This document shows positions 1 through 9,799 of a DNA stretch of 64,000 nt, piece by piece (positions within the stretch are counted from its first letter, which is position 1; the number at the start of each line of letters is the position of its first letter). Origin of the DNA: an uncultured bacterium. GTDB lineage: Bacteria > SAR324 > NAC60-12. The notes below the pieces were generated by a model. It had not been told where the DNA came from. It did no database searches and saw only the letters and a list, made by a program, of their open reading frames with translations. The stretch is taken from the NCBI GenBank assembly GCA_965662235.1, contig CBFIGY010000003.1:194297-258296 (forward strand). Reading direction: 5' to 3'. Both the position numbers and the translations under genes were made by a program.

Positions 1-749
1 AGCTCCTGCACCGTCTGTGCGGCACCGCTGGCCATGAAGCGTGCATCCGAGCCCACGGTCACCAACCGGAAGCCCTGGGCCACCATCCGCTTGGCATACG
101 CGACGCTGCCGCAGTGAATGCCCGCCTGCTTGCCCTGCTTCTGGGCCGCCTGCAGAATTCGCTCAAGGGCGTCCAGCATCACTGGTTCCTCGGAGTCAAA
201 GTGGGCGTGCAGTCCCAAAGAAAGGGCCAGGTCATTCGGACCAATGTAGAGTCCATCCAGACCCGGAACCGCAGCAATCGCTTCCACCTGTTCCAGGGCC
301 TCTCGGGTTTCAATCATGGCCATGAGGACCACCGTGGTGTTGGCCTGCTGAGCATACTCCTTGCCGGCATACAGCGACGCCCGGATGGGACCGTAGCTGC
401 GGCTGCCCAGTGGCGGATAACGGGTGGCGGCAACCAGCTGCTGAGCCTGCTCCACCGAGTTGATCATGGGGCAGATGAGCCCGTAACTTCCGGCGTCCAG
501 CATCTTCATGAGGATGCCCGGATCGTTCCAAGGCACCCGACACATCGGCACCGCATCTGTTGTGGAAAGAGCCACCAGCATCGGCACCGCGTCCGAGTAG
601 TCAATCATTCCGTGCTGCAGGTCCAGCGTCACTGAATCAAACCCCTGGTGGGCCATGATTTCAGCAGAGAGGCTATGCGGGAGGCTCAACCAGCCGTTGT
701 AGACCGGCTGGTCGGCGGCCCAGAGTTCACGGATGCGATTCGGACGCAT
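1..749 (-). CDS. HpcH/HpaI class II aldolase family protein (3' end runs off the window)
   Basis: Not in the ORF track. Manual translation from ATG at 749, preceded by AAGGAG, gives MRPNRIRELWAADQPVYNGWLSLP...DLQHG...RVPWND...LDAG...RYPPLGSRS...MIET...IGPNDL, the HpcH signature motifs. Confidence 0.9.
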   Translation of the reverse strand, partial: MRPNRIRELWAADQPVYNGWLSLPHSLSAEIMAHQGFDSVTLDLQHGMIDYSDAVPMLVALSTTDAVPMCRVPWNDPGILMKMLDAGSYGLICPMINSVEQAQQLVAATRYPPLGSRSYGPIRASLYAGKEYAQQANTTVVLMAMIETREALEQVEAIAAVPGLDGLYIGPNDLALSLGLHAHFDSEEPVMLDALERILQAAQKQGKQAGIHCGSVAYAKRMVAQGFRLVTVGSDARFMASGAAQTVQE

Positions 750-792
750 AGGGGCTCCTTAAGGGAACAGAGGAAGAGAGACGCTCACGTGG

Positions 793-2151
793 CTAGGCCG
801 CATGAGCCACCCGAAGGAGGTCCTCCGGATCCGTCAGTTTCACACGCGGACGCCCCAGCGGCACACCGGCTTCCACTTCGTGGGCGTCAATGCGCTTCCA
901 GTCGTCAAAGCTGACAAAGGCCAGGTTCCGCTGCTGCAACAGCGCTACGATGTCCGGAGCCCCTTGAGGGCTCCACCCTTGCTCCTGAAAGGTCTGGAGC
1001 ATCGTCTGGACCGATTCCACGGCACAGGGTTTGTTGGTTCCCACCACACCACTGGGGCCCCGCTTGATCCAGCCGGCCACGTACTCGCGCTGGTTGTTTT
1101 CCGGATTGAGCACCTTTCCCTTTTCATGAGGAATGGTCGCTGTCTTTTCGTCAAACACAACGTCTGGAAGCGGAACGCCTCGGTAGCCGACTGCCCGGAA
1201 GAGCAGCTGGGCCGAAAGCTCAAAGGCCTCCTCAGTGGCCACTGCCCGCGTTCGTCCGTTGGCGGCCTCCAGACGGTTCCGGACCAGCTGCACAGCCTCC
1301 AGCGAATCCTGACCCAGCAGCTCGGTGGGAGACGCACAGAACACCAAGTGCAGCCGCTTGGGCTTGCCTGTGAGGGAGCGGGTGGACAGCGTCCGGAGGA
1401 TTTCCAGATTCTGCTCGGTCTGCCGACCCGATGAGGCCAACTCCGCCTGACTGGCTTCATCCAGCTCCAGGTCTTCCGGACGCACCACGGTGTCCACCAG
1501 GGGAAGCTCTCCGAGCTCGCGCGCTTCCGTGGGAGTAAACGCTGCCTGAACCGGTCCCCGTCGCCCAATGAGGTAGATGTCCTCAATGGCGCTGTTGGTC
1601 AACGCTTCCAGAGCATAGGGCGCAATGTCGGTCTTGGCCAATGCTTCCGGCGTGTGTGAAAGGATCCGAGCGACATCGACCGCAACGTTACCGACTCCGA
1701 CGACAACGGCTGCCTTCGCCTGGAGGTTGAACTCTAGGTGCCGGAAGTCCGGGTGCCCGTTGTACCAGGCGACAAACTCGGTCGCCGAGTGAACCCCGGA
1801 GAGGTCCTCTCCCGGAAGTCCCAGCCTGCGGTCGGAGCTGCTGCCGACGGCGTACAGCACCGCGTCATAGTGTTCCAGCAGCTCGGCACGGGTGACGTCT
1901 CGTCCAAATTCCACGTTTCCAAAGAACCGGAACCCCGGTTTGAGGGCAATGCGCTCAAAGATCTTGGTCACGGACTTGATCTTCTGATGATCCGGAGCCA
2001 CGCCTCCGCGGACCAGACCATAAGGGGTGGGAAGCCGTTCAAACAGGTCCACCATGAGGACGCCTTCAGGCTGCTTGAGCAGTTCCTGTGCTGCATAAAA
2101 AGCCGAGGGGCCAGAGCCCACAATGGCCACTTTCCAGGGAGATTCAGACAT
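793..2151 (-). CDS. Ferredoxin/adrenodoxin-NADP+ reductase (FprA-type)
   Basis: GSGPSAFY FAD motif, PYGLVRGGVAPDH, FVAWYNGHP, GVGNVAVDVAR, GRRGPVQAAFT, GWIKRGPSGVVGTN. Confidence 0.9.
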   Translation of the reverse strand: MSESPWKVAIVGSGPSAFYAAQELLKQPEGVLMVDLFERLPTPYGLVRGGVAPDHQKIKSVTKIFERIALKPGFRFFGNVEFGRDVTRAELLEHYDAVLYAVGSSSDRRLGLPGEDLSGVHSATEFVAWYNGHPDFRHLEFNLQAKAAVVVGVGNVAVDVARILSHTPEALAKTDIAPYALEALTNSAIEDIYLIGRRGPVQAAFTPTEARELGELPLVDTVVRPEDLELDEASQAELASSGRQTEQNLEILRTLSTRSLTGKPKRLHLVFCASPTELLGQDSLEAVQLVRNRLEAANGRTRAVATEEAFELSAQLLFRAVGYRGVPLPDVVFDEKTATIPHEKGKVLNPENNQREYVAGWIKRGPSGVVGTNKPCAVESVQTMLQTFQEQGWSPQGAPDIVALLQQRNLAFVSFDDWKRIDAHEVEAGVPLGRPRVKLTDPEDLLRVAHAA

Positions 2152-2191
2152 GGAGAGGCTTACGAAAAAGAGAGAGTGGCGGGCCTAAGGT

Positions 2192-3121
2192 TCACGCGTG
2201 TCCAGAAAACTGCTTCAGGATCTCGGAGCCCCCTTGATCCAGCAGCTGCTGGGCTACGGTCCGGCCAAGCTCAACCGCCTGCTGCCGGGGCGCGGTCGCT
2301 TGGGCCTTCAGGAGCGTCTGGCCATCCGGAGAGCCCACTCGGGCCTCAAGGTGCAGGTGCTCTTGGTGCAGCTCCGCGTAGCCCGCAAGGGGCACCTGGC
2401 AGTTGCCTTCCAGCACCGCGAGCACCTCACGCTCGGCCTGCACACAGTCTCGAGTCGCCGTGTGCTCCAGGTGTTCCAGCCAGCGGAGGGTTTCGGTGTC
2501 TCCAACGCGGGTTTCAATGCCAATTGCGCCCTGCGCAATCGCAGGCAGCATCACCTGCTGAGGCAGCACCGCCCGGATCTCATGTTCCAGTTCCAGCCGC
2601 TTCAGTCCAGAAACCGCAAGCACCGCCGCATCGTACTCACCATCGTGCACCTTCCGGAGCCGTGTTTCCACATTGCCACGCAGGGTCTTGATTTCCAGAT
2701 CCGGACGGGCATGCTTCAGCTGAGCGGCTCGGCGCAGGGAACTGGTTCCCACCACAGCCCCTTCCGGAAGCTCCTCCAGTGAGGCGTAGTGAGGCGACAC
2801 CCACGCGTCTCCGGGATGGTCACGCTCTGTGATGATGGAGATCTCCAGACCCTCTGGCAAAAACGCCATAACGTCCTTCATGCTGTGCACCGCAAGATCA
2901 GCGCGCCCGTCCAGCAGCGCGTCTTCCAGCTCCTTGATGAACAGTCCCTTGCCCCCAATCAAGGCGAGGGGACGGTCGAGGATCTGATCGCCTCGGGTGG
3001 TCAGGGTCACGAGTTCGACAGAGAGGTGCGGGTGCGCCTGCTGAATGCCAGCGCGTACCCATTCTGCTTGCCAGAGGGCCAAGCGGCTCGCTCGAGTGGC
3101 AATGCGCAAGCAATCAGTCAT
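2192..3121 (-). CDS. hemC: Hydroxymethylbilane synthase (porphobilinogen deaminase)
   Basis: IATRASRLALWQA, GGKGLFIKELE, AVHSMKD, GTSSLRR, RGNVETRL, LEGNCQVP. Confidence 0.97.
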   Translation of the reverse strand: MTDCLRIATRASRLALWQAEWVRAGIQQAHPHLSVELVTLTTRGDQILDRPLALIGGKGLFIKELEDALLDGRADLAVHSMKDVMAFLPEGLEISIITERDHPGDAWVSPHYASLEELPEGAVVGTSSLRRAAQLKHARPDLEIKTLRGNVETRLRKVHDGEYDAAVLAVSGLKRLELEHEIRAVLPQQVMLPAIAQGAIGIETRVGDTETLRWLEHLEHTATRDCVQAEREVLAVLEGNCQVPLAGYAELHQEHLHLEARVGSPDGQTLLKAQATAPRQQAVELGRTVAQQLLDQGGSEILKQFSGHA

Positions 3122-4434
3122 GCAGGCTTTTGAATCAGGCGTAACAGGGGCTCCGGAGCCTTCTTGGGCCCATCGGATTCAAGGTCGTTCAGCTCAAAGA
3201 GGTCCCGGACGGTGTCCACATAGACCGGAAACTCTTCCAGCTGGCTTCGTTCGCGGAGGGTCAAGGTGGGGGTGTGGAGGAGTTTGTTGATGAAGCTGCG
3301 CATGCCCTGGGCCAGGAGTTCCTGATCCTTCTCTGAAAGGGGACCCATGCGCTTGAGGAGCTTTTCGAGCTCCTGCTGCCCCATCTCATGGTAGCTCTCT
3401 CGCAGAGCGCGGATGACCGGAACCGCCGAGAGGGACTGGAACCAGCGGTCCACCAAGAGGACCTCTTCCTCGACAATTCGCTCGGCCTGCTCAGCTTGCC
3501 GCTGACGCTCCTGCTGGTTCTGAGTGACCACGTTCTGGAGGTCATCAATGTCGAAGCAGTAGACGTCCTGGAGGCGGTTGACCTCTGGAGCGACGTCTCG
3601 CGGAACAGCGATGTCGATGAAGAACATACGACGGCCCTTGCGCTTCTTCAGGGACTGGCGGACCAGCGGCTCCGTAATGACCGGCTCACGTGCGCCCGTG
3701 GACGTCAGGATGATGTCGGCATCCGCGAGGTACTCCCCAATCTGGTCAAACCGGATGGCGGCGCCCCGGTAGTCCTCAGCAAGGCGGGCCGCATTGGCAA
3801 AGGTCCGGTTGGCAACCAGCAGGCGCCGGCATCCGTTCCGGATCAGGTGCTTGACCGCAAGCTCGGCCATTTCTCCGGCCCCAACGATCATCACCGTCTG
3901 CTCCGACAGGTCATCAAAGATCTGGCGGGCCAGTTCCACAGCGGCGTAGCTGATGGAAACCGCGCTTCCGGCAATGGTGGTCTCGCTGCGGACGCGCTTG
4001 GCAGTGGCAAAGACCTTGGCAAAGAGGGGATTGAGCAAACGCCCGGTCCAGCCGGCTTCCTGGAAGCGGTGAAACGCTTCCTTGACCTGCCCCAGAATCT
4101 GCGGTTCTCCGAGCACCATTGAATCTAGGCTGGAAGCCACCCGGAAGAGGTGCTCAACGGCCTGAAGGTTGGTGCAGGTGTAGGCGGTTTGCGGAAGCTC
4201 CGGCACGTTCCAGAAGCGCACCAGCTCCTCCATCAGCGCCGACGCCTCTGCTGGCATGCCGGCCACCACGACCTCTGTTCGGTTGCAGGTGCTGAGGATC
4301 ATCACCTCGCGGGCCTGCAACTTCTGACGCAGTTGGTGGGCCAGTTGCTCCTGCTGCTCAGGCGTCAGGGCCAAGCGATCTCGAACCTCAACAGGGGTGG
4401 TTCGGTAACTCCAGCCGATGAGAAAGAGGCGCAT
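3118..4434 (-). CDS. hemA: Glutamyl-tRNA reductase
   Basis: LSTCNRTE, SLDSMVLGEPQILGQVK, GAGEM, DIAVPRD. Start placed at the internal ATG 4434 (MRLFLIG); ATGA overlap with hemC. Confidence 0.96.
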   Translation of the reverse strand: MRLFLIGWSYRTTPVEVRDRLALTPEQQEQLAHQLRQKLQAREVMILSTCNRTEVVVAGMPAEASALMEELVRFWNVPELPQTAYTCTNLQAVEHLFRVASSLDSMVLGEPQILGQVKEAFHRFQEAGWTGRLLNPLFAKVFATAKRVRSETTIAGSAVSISYAAVELARQIFDDLSEQTVMIVGAGEMAELAVKHLIRNGCRRLLVANRTFANAARLAEDYRGAAIRFDQIGEYLADADIILTSTGAREPVITEPLVRQSLKKRKGRRMFFIDIAVPRDVAPEVNRLQDVYCFDIDDLQNVVTQNQQERQRQAEQAERIVEEEVLLVDRWFQSLSAVPVIRALRESYHEMGQQELEKLLKRMGPLSEKDQELLAQGMRSFINKLLHTPTLTLRERSQLEEFPVYVDTVRDLFELNDLESDGPKKAPEPLLRLIQKPA

Positions 4435-4565
4435 GAAGGATTTCCTGATGGGAAGAATTCTGCGGGCGTTGTTGGGAACGAAGCAAAACAGAAGCCTCGA
4501 CATTTGCACGAAATGCGTGAGAATTGTTACTTTTCAGCCGAAAAACTCAAGCTCCGATCCTTCTC

Positions 4566-5135
4566 ATGCTAAACTTCGTCTCCCGTTGGCTCACGGCCAA
4601 CCACCTGACTGCCGCGCGTGTTGTCCTGATTTTGCCAGTCGCTTTGGTGATGGAGTTGGCTCCGGAGTCACCCAACTGGTTGTTTTTTGGGTGGATCCTC
4701 TTCTTCATCGCCTGCTTGACCGACTGGTGGGACGGAATGCTCGCCCGGCACCAGGCCATGACCACCAAGCTCGGAAAATTACTGGACCCGGTTGCGGACA
4801 AACTGCTGGTCGGTAGCCTGCTCATCCTTCTGGTGGACATGGGTCGTGCCTCCGCCTGGTTGGTCGCCTTGCTGATGGCGCGCGAGTTGACCGTCACGGG
4901 GCTCCGTGCCGTTGCAGCCGCCGACAACATCGTCATTGCCGCCAACACGGGGGGCAAGTGGAAAACGATCTCGCAGATGACTGCCACAGGGTTCCTCATC
5001 ATTCACTATGAAACCCTCTGGCTGCCCTGCCATGAAATCGGCACCGCGCTGCTCTGGCTGGCCACAGCCCAGTCCCTTTGGACCGGCTGGGTCTACATCA
5101 AGGGCTACTTCGATGCCCTTCCGGCCAACGCCTAA
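4566..5135 (+). CDS. pgsA: CDP-diacylglycerol--glycerol-3-phosphate 3-phosphatidyltransferase
   Basis: TANHLTAAR, TDWWDGMLAR...GKLLDPVADK CDP-alcohol phosphotransferase motif, RELTVTGLR, GKWKT. Confidence 0.92.
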   Translation: MLNFVSRWLTANHLTAARVVLILPVALVMELAPESPNWLFFGWILFFIACLTDWWDGMLARHQAMTTKLGKLLDPVADKLLVGSLLILLVDMGRASAWLVALLMARELTVTGLRAVAAADNIVIAANTGGKWKTISQMTATGFLIIHYETLWLPCHEIGTALLWLATAQSLWTGWVYIKGYFDALPANA

Positions 5136-5209
5136 ACGCCCTTCCGCCCCCTCTTCAGAAGCCCCGGAGCCCTGCCCTTGTGGCAAGTGATGCTCCGGGC
5201 TCCCTTCCC

Positions 5210-5698
5210 TTATCGCGGGATGTGAATGCCGCGTTCATCAAAGCTTCCACGCTCCGCCCCCTGGTGACAGGCCGCACAGCGGGCGAAGGTCTTCACCTTC
5301 GGATTTTGAGTCACGTAACGATCTGGCACTTCCCGGTGAATGGCTTGGAAGAACCGGGTTTCCGTCACCCGGATCGGGGTTCCCGGGGTGTCAAAGCGGT
5401 TTCCGTAACGCTGCTTGATCCGGGAGTGATCAAAGTTGTTCTTGCTCAAAAAGAGCTTCAGGGTCTGCATGGTGTTCTGATCCAACAACTCGGCGTTTTG
5501 CCCAAAGTGGTGATCGAGCTGCTGCAGCAGACGATCCCACGACTTTTGCGGAAGAAAGACCGGCGGGTAGGCCACATGACAAGAGCTACACTCCGAAGTG
5601 TACAGCTGACCTGGAGCATCTGCAGCCAGAGCGCTTCCGGCACCAGCCACGCTGAGGCACAGAACCGCATAAATGATTTTGATGAGAAGTTTCTGCAT
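5210..5698 (-). CDS. Dihaem cytochrome c (DHC family), exported
   Basis: Signal peptide, two CxxCH motifs (CSSCH, CAACH), AYPPxFLPxxSW...LDHHFG and RVTETRFF...H motifs typical of DHC. Confidence 0.88.
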   Translation of the reverse strand: MQKLLIKIIYAVLCLSVAGAGSALAADAPGQLYTSECSSCHVAYPPVFLPQKSWDRLLQQLDHHFGQNAELLDQNTMQTLKLFLSKNNFDHSRIKQRYGNRFDTPGTPIRVTETRFFQAIHREVPDRYVTQNPKVKTFARCAACHQGAERGSFDERGIHIPR

Positions 5699-6046
5699 TG
5701 AATGGTTTACAGAGAGGGTGATCAAGCTTCAGAAACAAGACCCCGGAAGGGGAGTGAGCCAGCCCTGTGCCGAGCGCCTTGTTGTCAGGGAAAGGTGGGG
5801 TTCCGTGGAGGAGTCCGAGGCCGAATTGGTTTCTGAGGAGGGAGGGGTTTTTCCTCACAAGGAAGGACCTTGCTGGTGAACAGGTGCTCAGAAACCCCAA
5901 CCACCTCCCCAACGCGGATCCTTAATTATTCCCCACGATTCTCCCCAAAAACGAACCCGACGGCCCCGGTCGAGGCAACGTCCCAGTTCCGCTTTTTGCT
6001 GCCGGCCCCTGACTCCGATTGGCCTTCTAAATGAGGAGTTTCAATC

Positions 6047-6991
6047 TTAAATCAGTCCACTAGCAGTGATGCGGTCGGTTACCAGAACATCAATCAAACC
6101 ACCGATCAGGGCTGCACGGATGGCCTCGACCTTGTCCAGTCCACCGGCTAACGCCACCACTCGAGGACACTGCTTAATTTGTTCCAAACTCATGGACACC
6201 ACCGGATCCTCATGATCCTGCAGAATGGCCTGCCCCTGAGAATCATAGTAATGCAGACAAATGTCTCCCACTGCGCCCTGCTCCTTGAGGCGAGACACCA
6301 TTTCCTGCAAGTAGTTGTTTCCAGAGTCCCGTACCATGGACGAGGGTTCTGTGGACCCGACCCCCACAATCGCAATGTCGATGGAGCTGAACTTCTCGAC
6401 CACACTCCGGACCTCCCGTTCCTGCAGAATCCGCTCTTTTTCCTCAACGGACCGTTCCACACTGTGTGCCGGAAGCAGGTAGGGCTCGCACCCGAGAAGC
6501 CGCGCCAGTGAGTACGTCAGCATGGTCGCATGCAGGTTACCGTTCATGCCCACGCCTCCCAGGATCTGCACCACGCCACCTGCCGCAATGGGAAACGGCA
6601 GCATGCTTTCCAGCATCGCACGGATCGTTTCGCTCCAAGAGGAAATGCCAATCAGCTCGTCCTTCTTCAGCGTCATCCGGAGGTAATGCATGGCCGCTGT
6701 CCCAATCGCCGAGCGCAGCGTCCCCAACGGCGGATCGTCCGGAACATCCACCACAATCGCTTGGGTGATGCCATAGCGCTGCTGAATCTTCTCTTCTAAA
6801 GAGACAAAGATGTTTGCTGGCTGATGGACACTGATCTTCACAATGCCTTCTGATAAACACCGCCCCAGAAACCGAGACACCTGTGACTGCGACAGGTCCA
6901 GTTTTTGGGCAATTTCTTTCTGTTTCAGTCCCTCGTTGTAATACAGCGTCGCCACTTTGACTAAGAGCCGAAGTTCATTTTGAGGAATCAT
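6047..6991 (-). CDS. SorC/DeoR(LsrR)-family sugar-binding transcriptional regulator
   Basis: N-terminal HTH (VATLYY..GLKQKEIAQKLDLSQSQVSRFL), GISSWSET, GAVGDI, AGGLDKVEAI..AL.GG..DVLVTD. Confidence 0.92.
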   Translation of the reverse strand: MIPQNELRLLVKVATLYYNEGLKQKEIAQKLDLSQSQVSRFLGRCLSEGIVKISVHQPANIFVSLEEKIQQRYGITQAIVVDVPDDPPLGTLRSAIGTAAMHYLRMTLKKDELIGISSWSETIRAMLESMLPFPIAAGGVVQILGGVGMNGNLHATMLTYSLARLLGCEPYLLPAHSVERSVEEKERILQEREVRSVVEKFSSIDIAIVGVGSTEPSSMVRDSGNNYLQEMVSRLKEQGAVGDICLHYYDSQGQAILQDHEDPVVSMSLEQIKQCPRVVALAGGLDKVEAIRAALIGGLIDVLVTDRITASGLI

Positions 6992-7297
6992 GCGTTCTTC
7001 CGATGATAAGGCCTGCAAGGGGCGAGGGGGAGGGCATCCCGTGAGAGCCGTTCAGGTTTCAAGCGACCCGGAGCGGTCGCGGCTTTCTGCCTTGGACAGG
7101 CGTCTCTCAAGGAAGGTCTGAAGGGGCAGAAACGGGCACGTCCGGTAAGCCACGCGCCATCAGGGGCGCGCACTCTTCCGACCGCAAAGAGCCCAGCCAC
7201 CCGGAAGGCGCATCTGGACTCAACCGGTGACTCAGTCTATCAAGAAACGTGGAGAAATGCTCGCCAAGGCTGCAGCCGAGGAGAAGGCGCTGAGGCG

Positions 7298-8776
7298 TTA
7301 GGCGTCAAAGAGGGTACGGGAGACGGCCTTCTTCCACCCCTCGTAGTGGGCGTCTAGGGCTCCCGGAGGAAGGTTGGGTTCAATGGTTTGCGTCCGGCGC
7401 TGGAGGTGCGCTAAATCGTCACGAGACGGCCACCAGCCCAAAGCTTTTCCCGCCAGGTAACCGGCTCCGATTGCCGAGACCTCCGCAGTCTCATTGCGAA
7501 TGAGGGGACGTTGAAGCAGGTTGGCTTGAAACTGCATCAGCCACGCATTGTGGGTGGCTCCTCCATCCACCAGCACTGCATCCAGCGAGGTTCCCGAAAG
7601 CTCCTCCATCAGGTAATAGACGTCCGCGACCTGATAGGCCATGGACTCTAGGGCAGCACGGGCTAGGGTTGCGGGGGTGACGTGGTCCGTAAGCCCCGTA
7701 ATCAGGCCCGTTGCCTCCGCTTTCCAGTGCGGTGCGCCCAACCCGGACAAGGCAGGAACAAAATAAGCCCCGTCGTTCCCTTCCTGCTCTGCTGCCAATT
7801 GAGCCAACTCTTCAACGTCTTTTCCCAGAATACGCGCCATGAACCCAACGGCCGCACCCGTGTGGGTGATGTTGCCCTCTAGGGCATACGTAAGCTGACC
7901 ATCATCCCAGGCAACGGTCCGAGCCAGGCGGTAATCCTCTCCGGAAACCTGCGCCACCGGAGTCATCAGGGAGCTACCGGTGCCATATGAGGCTTTGATC
8001 ATTCCGGGTAAAAAGCCCCCCTGACCGTAAAGCGATGCATGGGAGTCTCCCACTTGCGAAAGGATGGGGATGCCATCGGGCAAGCCGGAGAATCCACGCG
8101 TTTCCCCCCGCAGGGCCGAAGAAGGCTGAATCGCGGGCAGGCAAGCTCGAGGAATGTCAAAGAGCGCCAGCAGCTCCTCGTCCCAGTCCTGCTCCTGGAG
8201 ATTGAAGAGCTGCGTTCGCGAGGCATTGGACACGTCTGTGACAAACTGCTGTCCGCCGGTGAGGTTCCAAACCAGCCAGGTGTCAATGGTCCCACAACAC
8301 AGCTCACCGTTTTGGGCCCGGGAGTGTGCTTCTGGAATCTGATGCAGCAGCCACTGAATCTTAGCTGCCGGAAACAACGGATCCACCGGAAGACCGGTTT
8401 TGCGTTGCAGGACCTCTGTGTGACCGTCTGCCACCAAGCGTTTGCAGATCTCGAGGGAGCGACGGCACTGCCAGATCACCACGGGAGAAAGAGGCGTTCC
8501 GGTGGCTCGCTCCCAAAGCAGAATCGATTCACGCTGGTTACTGACCCCAATGCCGGCAATGTCACATGGCCCCGCGGCATCCAAGGCTTGCTGGATCGCG
8601 CTCTGAATGCCTTCTAGGATCGCGCCGGCCTCCTGTTCGGACCAGGCCGGTTGCGGATGCGTGACCTGCAGAGCGTGGGAGCCTTTCGCAAGCATCTGGC
8701 CGTCTCGGGTCAAGCACACGGCCTTGGCATTTGTCGTGCCTTCGTCCAGGGCGAGCAGGATGGGGGTTTGGGTCAT
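7298..8776 (-). CDS. FGGY-family carbohydrate kinase (glycerol/apulose kinase-like)
   Basis: LALDEGTTNAK, SNQRES, WQCRR, TDVSNASRTQLFN, GDSHA, KASYGTGSS, ALEGNI, GLGAPHW, VDGG. Confidence 0.92.
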   Translation of the reverse strand: MTQTPILLALDEGTTNAKAVCLTRDGQMLAKGSHALQVTHPQPAWSEQEAGAILEGIQSAIQQALDAAGPCDIAGIGVSNQRESILLWERATGTPLSPVVIWQCRRSLEICKRLVADGHTEVLQRKTGLPVDPLFPAAKIQWLLHQIPEAHSRAQNGELCCGTIDTWLVWNLTGGQQFVTDVSNASRTQLFNLQEQDWDEELLALFDIPRACLPAIQPSSALRGETRGFSGLPDGIPILSQVGDSHASLYGQGGFLPGMIKASYGTGSSLMTPVAQVSGEDYRLARTVAWDDGQLTYALEGNITHTGAAVGFMARILGKDVEELAQLAAEQEGNDGAYFVPALSGLGAPHWKAEATGLITGLTDHVTPATLARAALESMAYQVADVYYLMEELSGTSLDAVLVDGGATHNAWLMQFQANLLQRPLIRNETAEVSAIGAGYLAGKALGWWPSRDDLAHLQRRTQTIEPNLPPGALDAHYEGWKKAVSRTLFDA

Positions 8777-8845
8777 GATTTTCTCCAGAGTGCAGGCGTC
8801 ACCGGTAGCGGTGACACCGATAAAAAGAGGCTGGTTGAGGCACCT

Positions 8846-9799
8846 TCAGCGCAGGCCCTGCTCGTCTAGGAACTGCTTGGCCACCTGAGCAATGCCGTTT
8901 GCATCAATCTGGTGGTGCTGGCGAGTGGAAGCCCGGTCTCCAGCAACAGCGTACCCGCCATCTTGGATGCCAAGGCGTTTCAATGAGGTCGAAAGGCCGT
9001 ACTCAGCAATCACCTCAGCGACTAGGCTCCCGGCCCCGCCGTTGATGTTGTGCTCCTCTGCAGTCACCACCAGAGGGTAAGCCTTCAGCTCATCTGCAAG
9101 CGCGCTCCGGTCACAGGGCCGAATGGACGACAGGCTGAGCACCCCCACCGAGAGGCCTTGTTCCGCCAGCAAAGCCGCAGCATCCACCACCTCATGCACC
9201 GTTGATCCCAGTCCCACCAGACAGAGGGATGCCCCTTTCCTCAGGGAGTCGATCTTCCCCGGCTGAAACTGGTACCCGGCTTCATGGAGGTACGGCAAGG
9301 GCTTACCGTCCATGCGAATGTAAGCGGGACCACTGGAACGCAATGCGTAGTCAATGATCTGCTGCGCCTCAAGTGGACAAGAGGGGGCATAGATCTCAAT
9401 GTTGCCAAACCCCCGCATGACAGCAATGTCATCAATGCTGTGGTGCGTGCTGGCCAGAGGGCCGTAACTGGTGCCAGCGTTGAGGCCAAACAGCTTCACG
9501 TTGGTGTTGTTGTAACAGATGTCAATCTTGACCTGTTCGTTTGCTCGGGAGACCAGAAACGGGGCAGCGTTGCAGGTACAAGCAATTTTCCCTCCCAATG
9601 CCAGACCGGCGGCGGTTCCGACCATCACTTGCTCGGCAATGCCAACGTTGATGATGCGGTCTGGGAAGCGCTGAGCAAAGGGGGCAATCTTGGACGTCGA
9701 GGTGGAGTCCGCCACCACCGGGAAGAGGTCCAGCCCGTCCTCAACCGCCTTGATGAAGCAGCGGACCATCACATTGGCTAAGTGCTCTTGATTACTCAT
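8846..9799 (-). CDS. Transketolase, C-terminal subunit (split transketolase)
   Basis: NVGIAEQVMVG, RANEQVKID, GPLASTHHSIDD, AEEHNINGGAGS. Confidence 0.93.
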   Translation of the reverse strand: MSNQEHLANVMVRCFIKAVEDGLDLFPVVADSTSTSKIAPFAQRFPDRIINVGIAEQVMVGTAAGLALGGKIACTCNAAPFLVSRANEQVKIDICYNNTNVKLFGLNAGTSYGPLASTHHSIDDIAVMRGFGNIEIYAPSCPLEAQQIIDYALRSSGPAYIRMDGKPLPYLHEAGYQFQPGKIDSLRKGASLCLVGLGSTVHEVVDAAALLAEQGLSVGVLSLSSIRPCDRSALADELKAYPLVVTAEEHNINGGAGSLVAEVIAEYGLSTSLKRLGIQDGGYAVAGDRASTRQHHQIDANGIAQVAKQFLDEQGLR

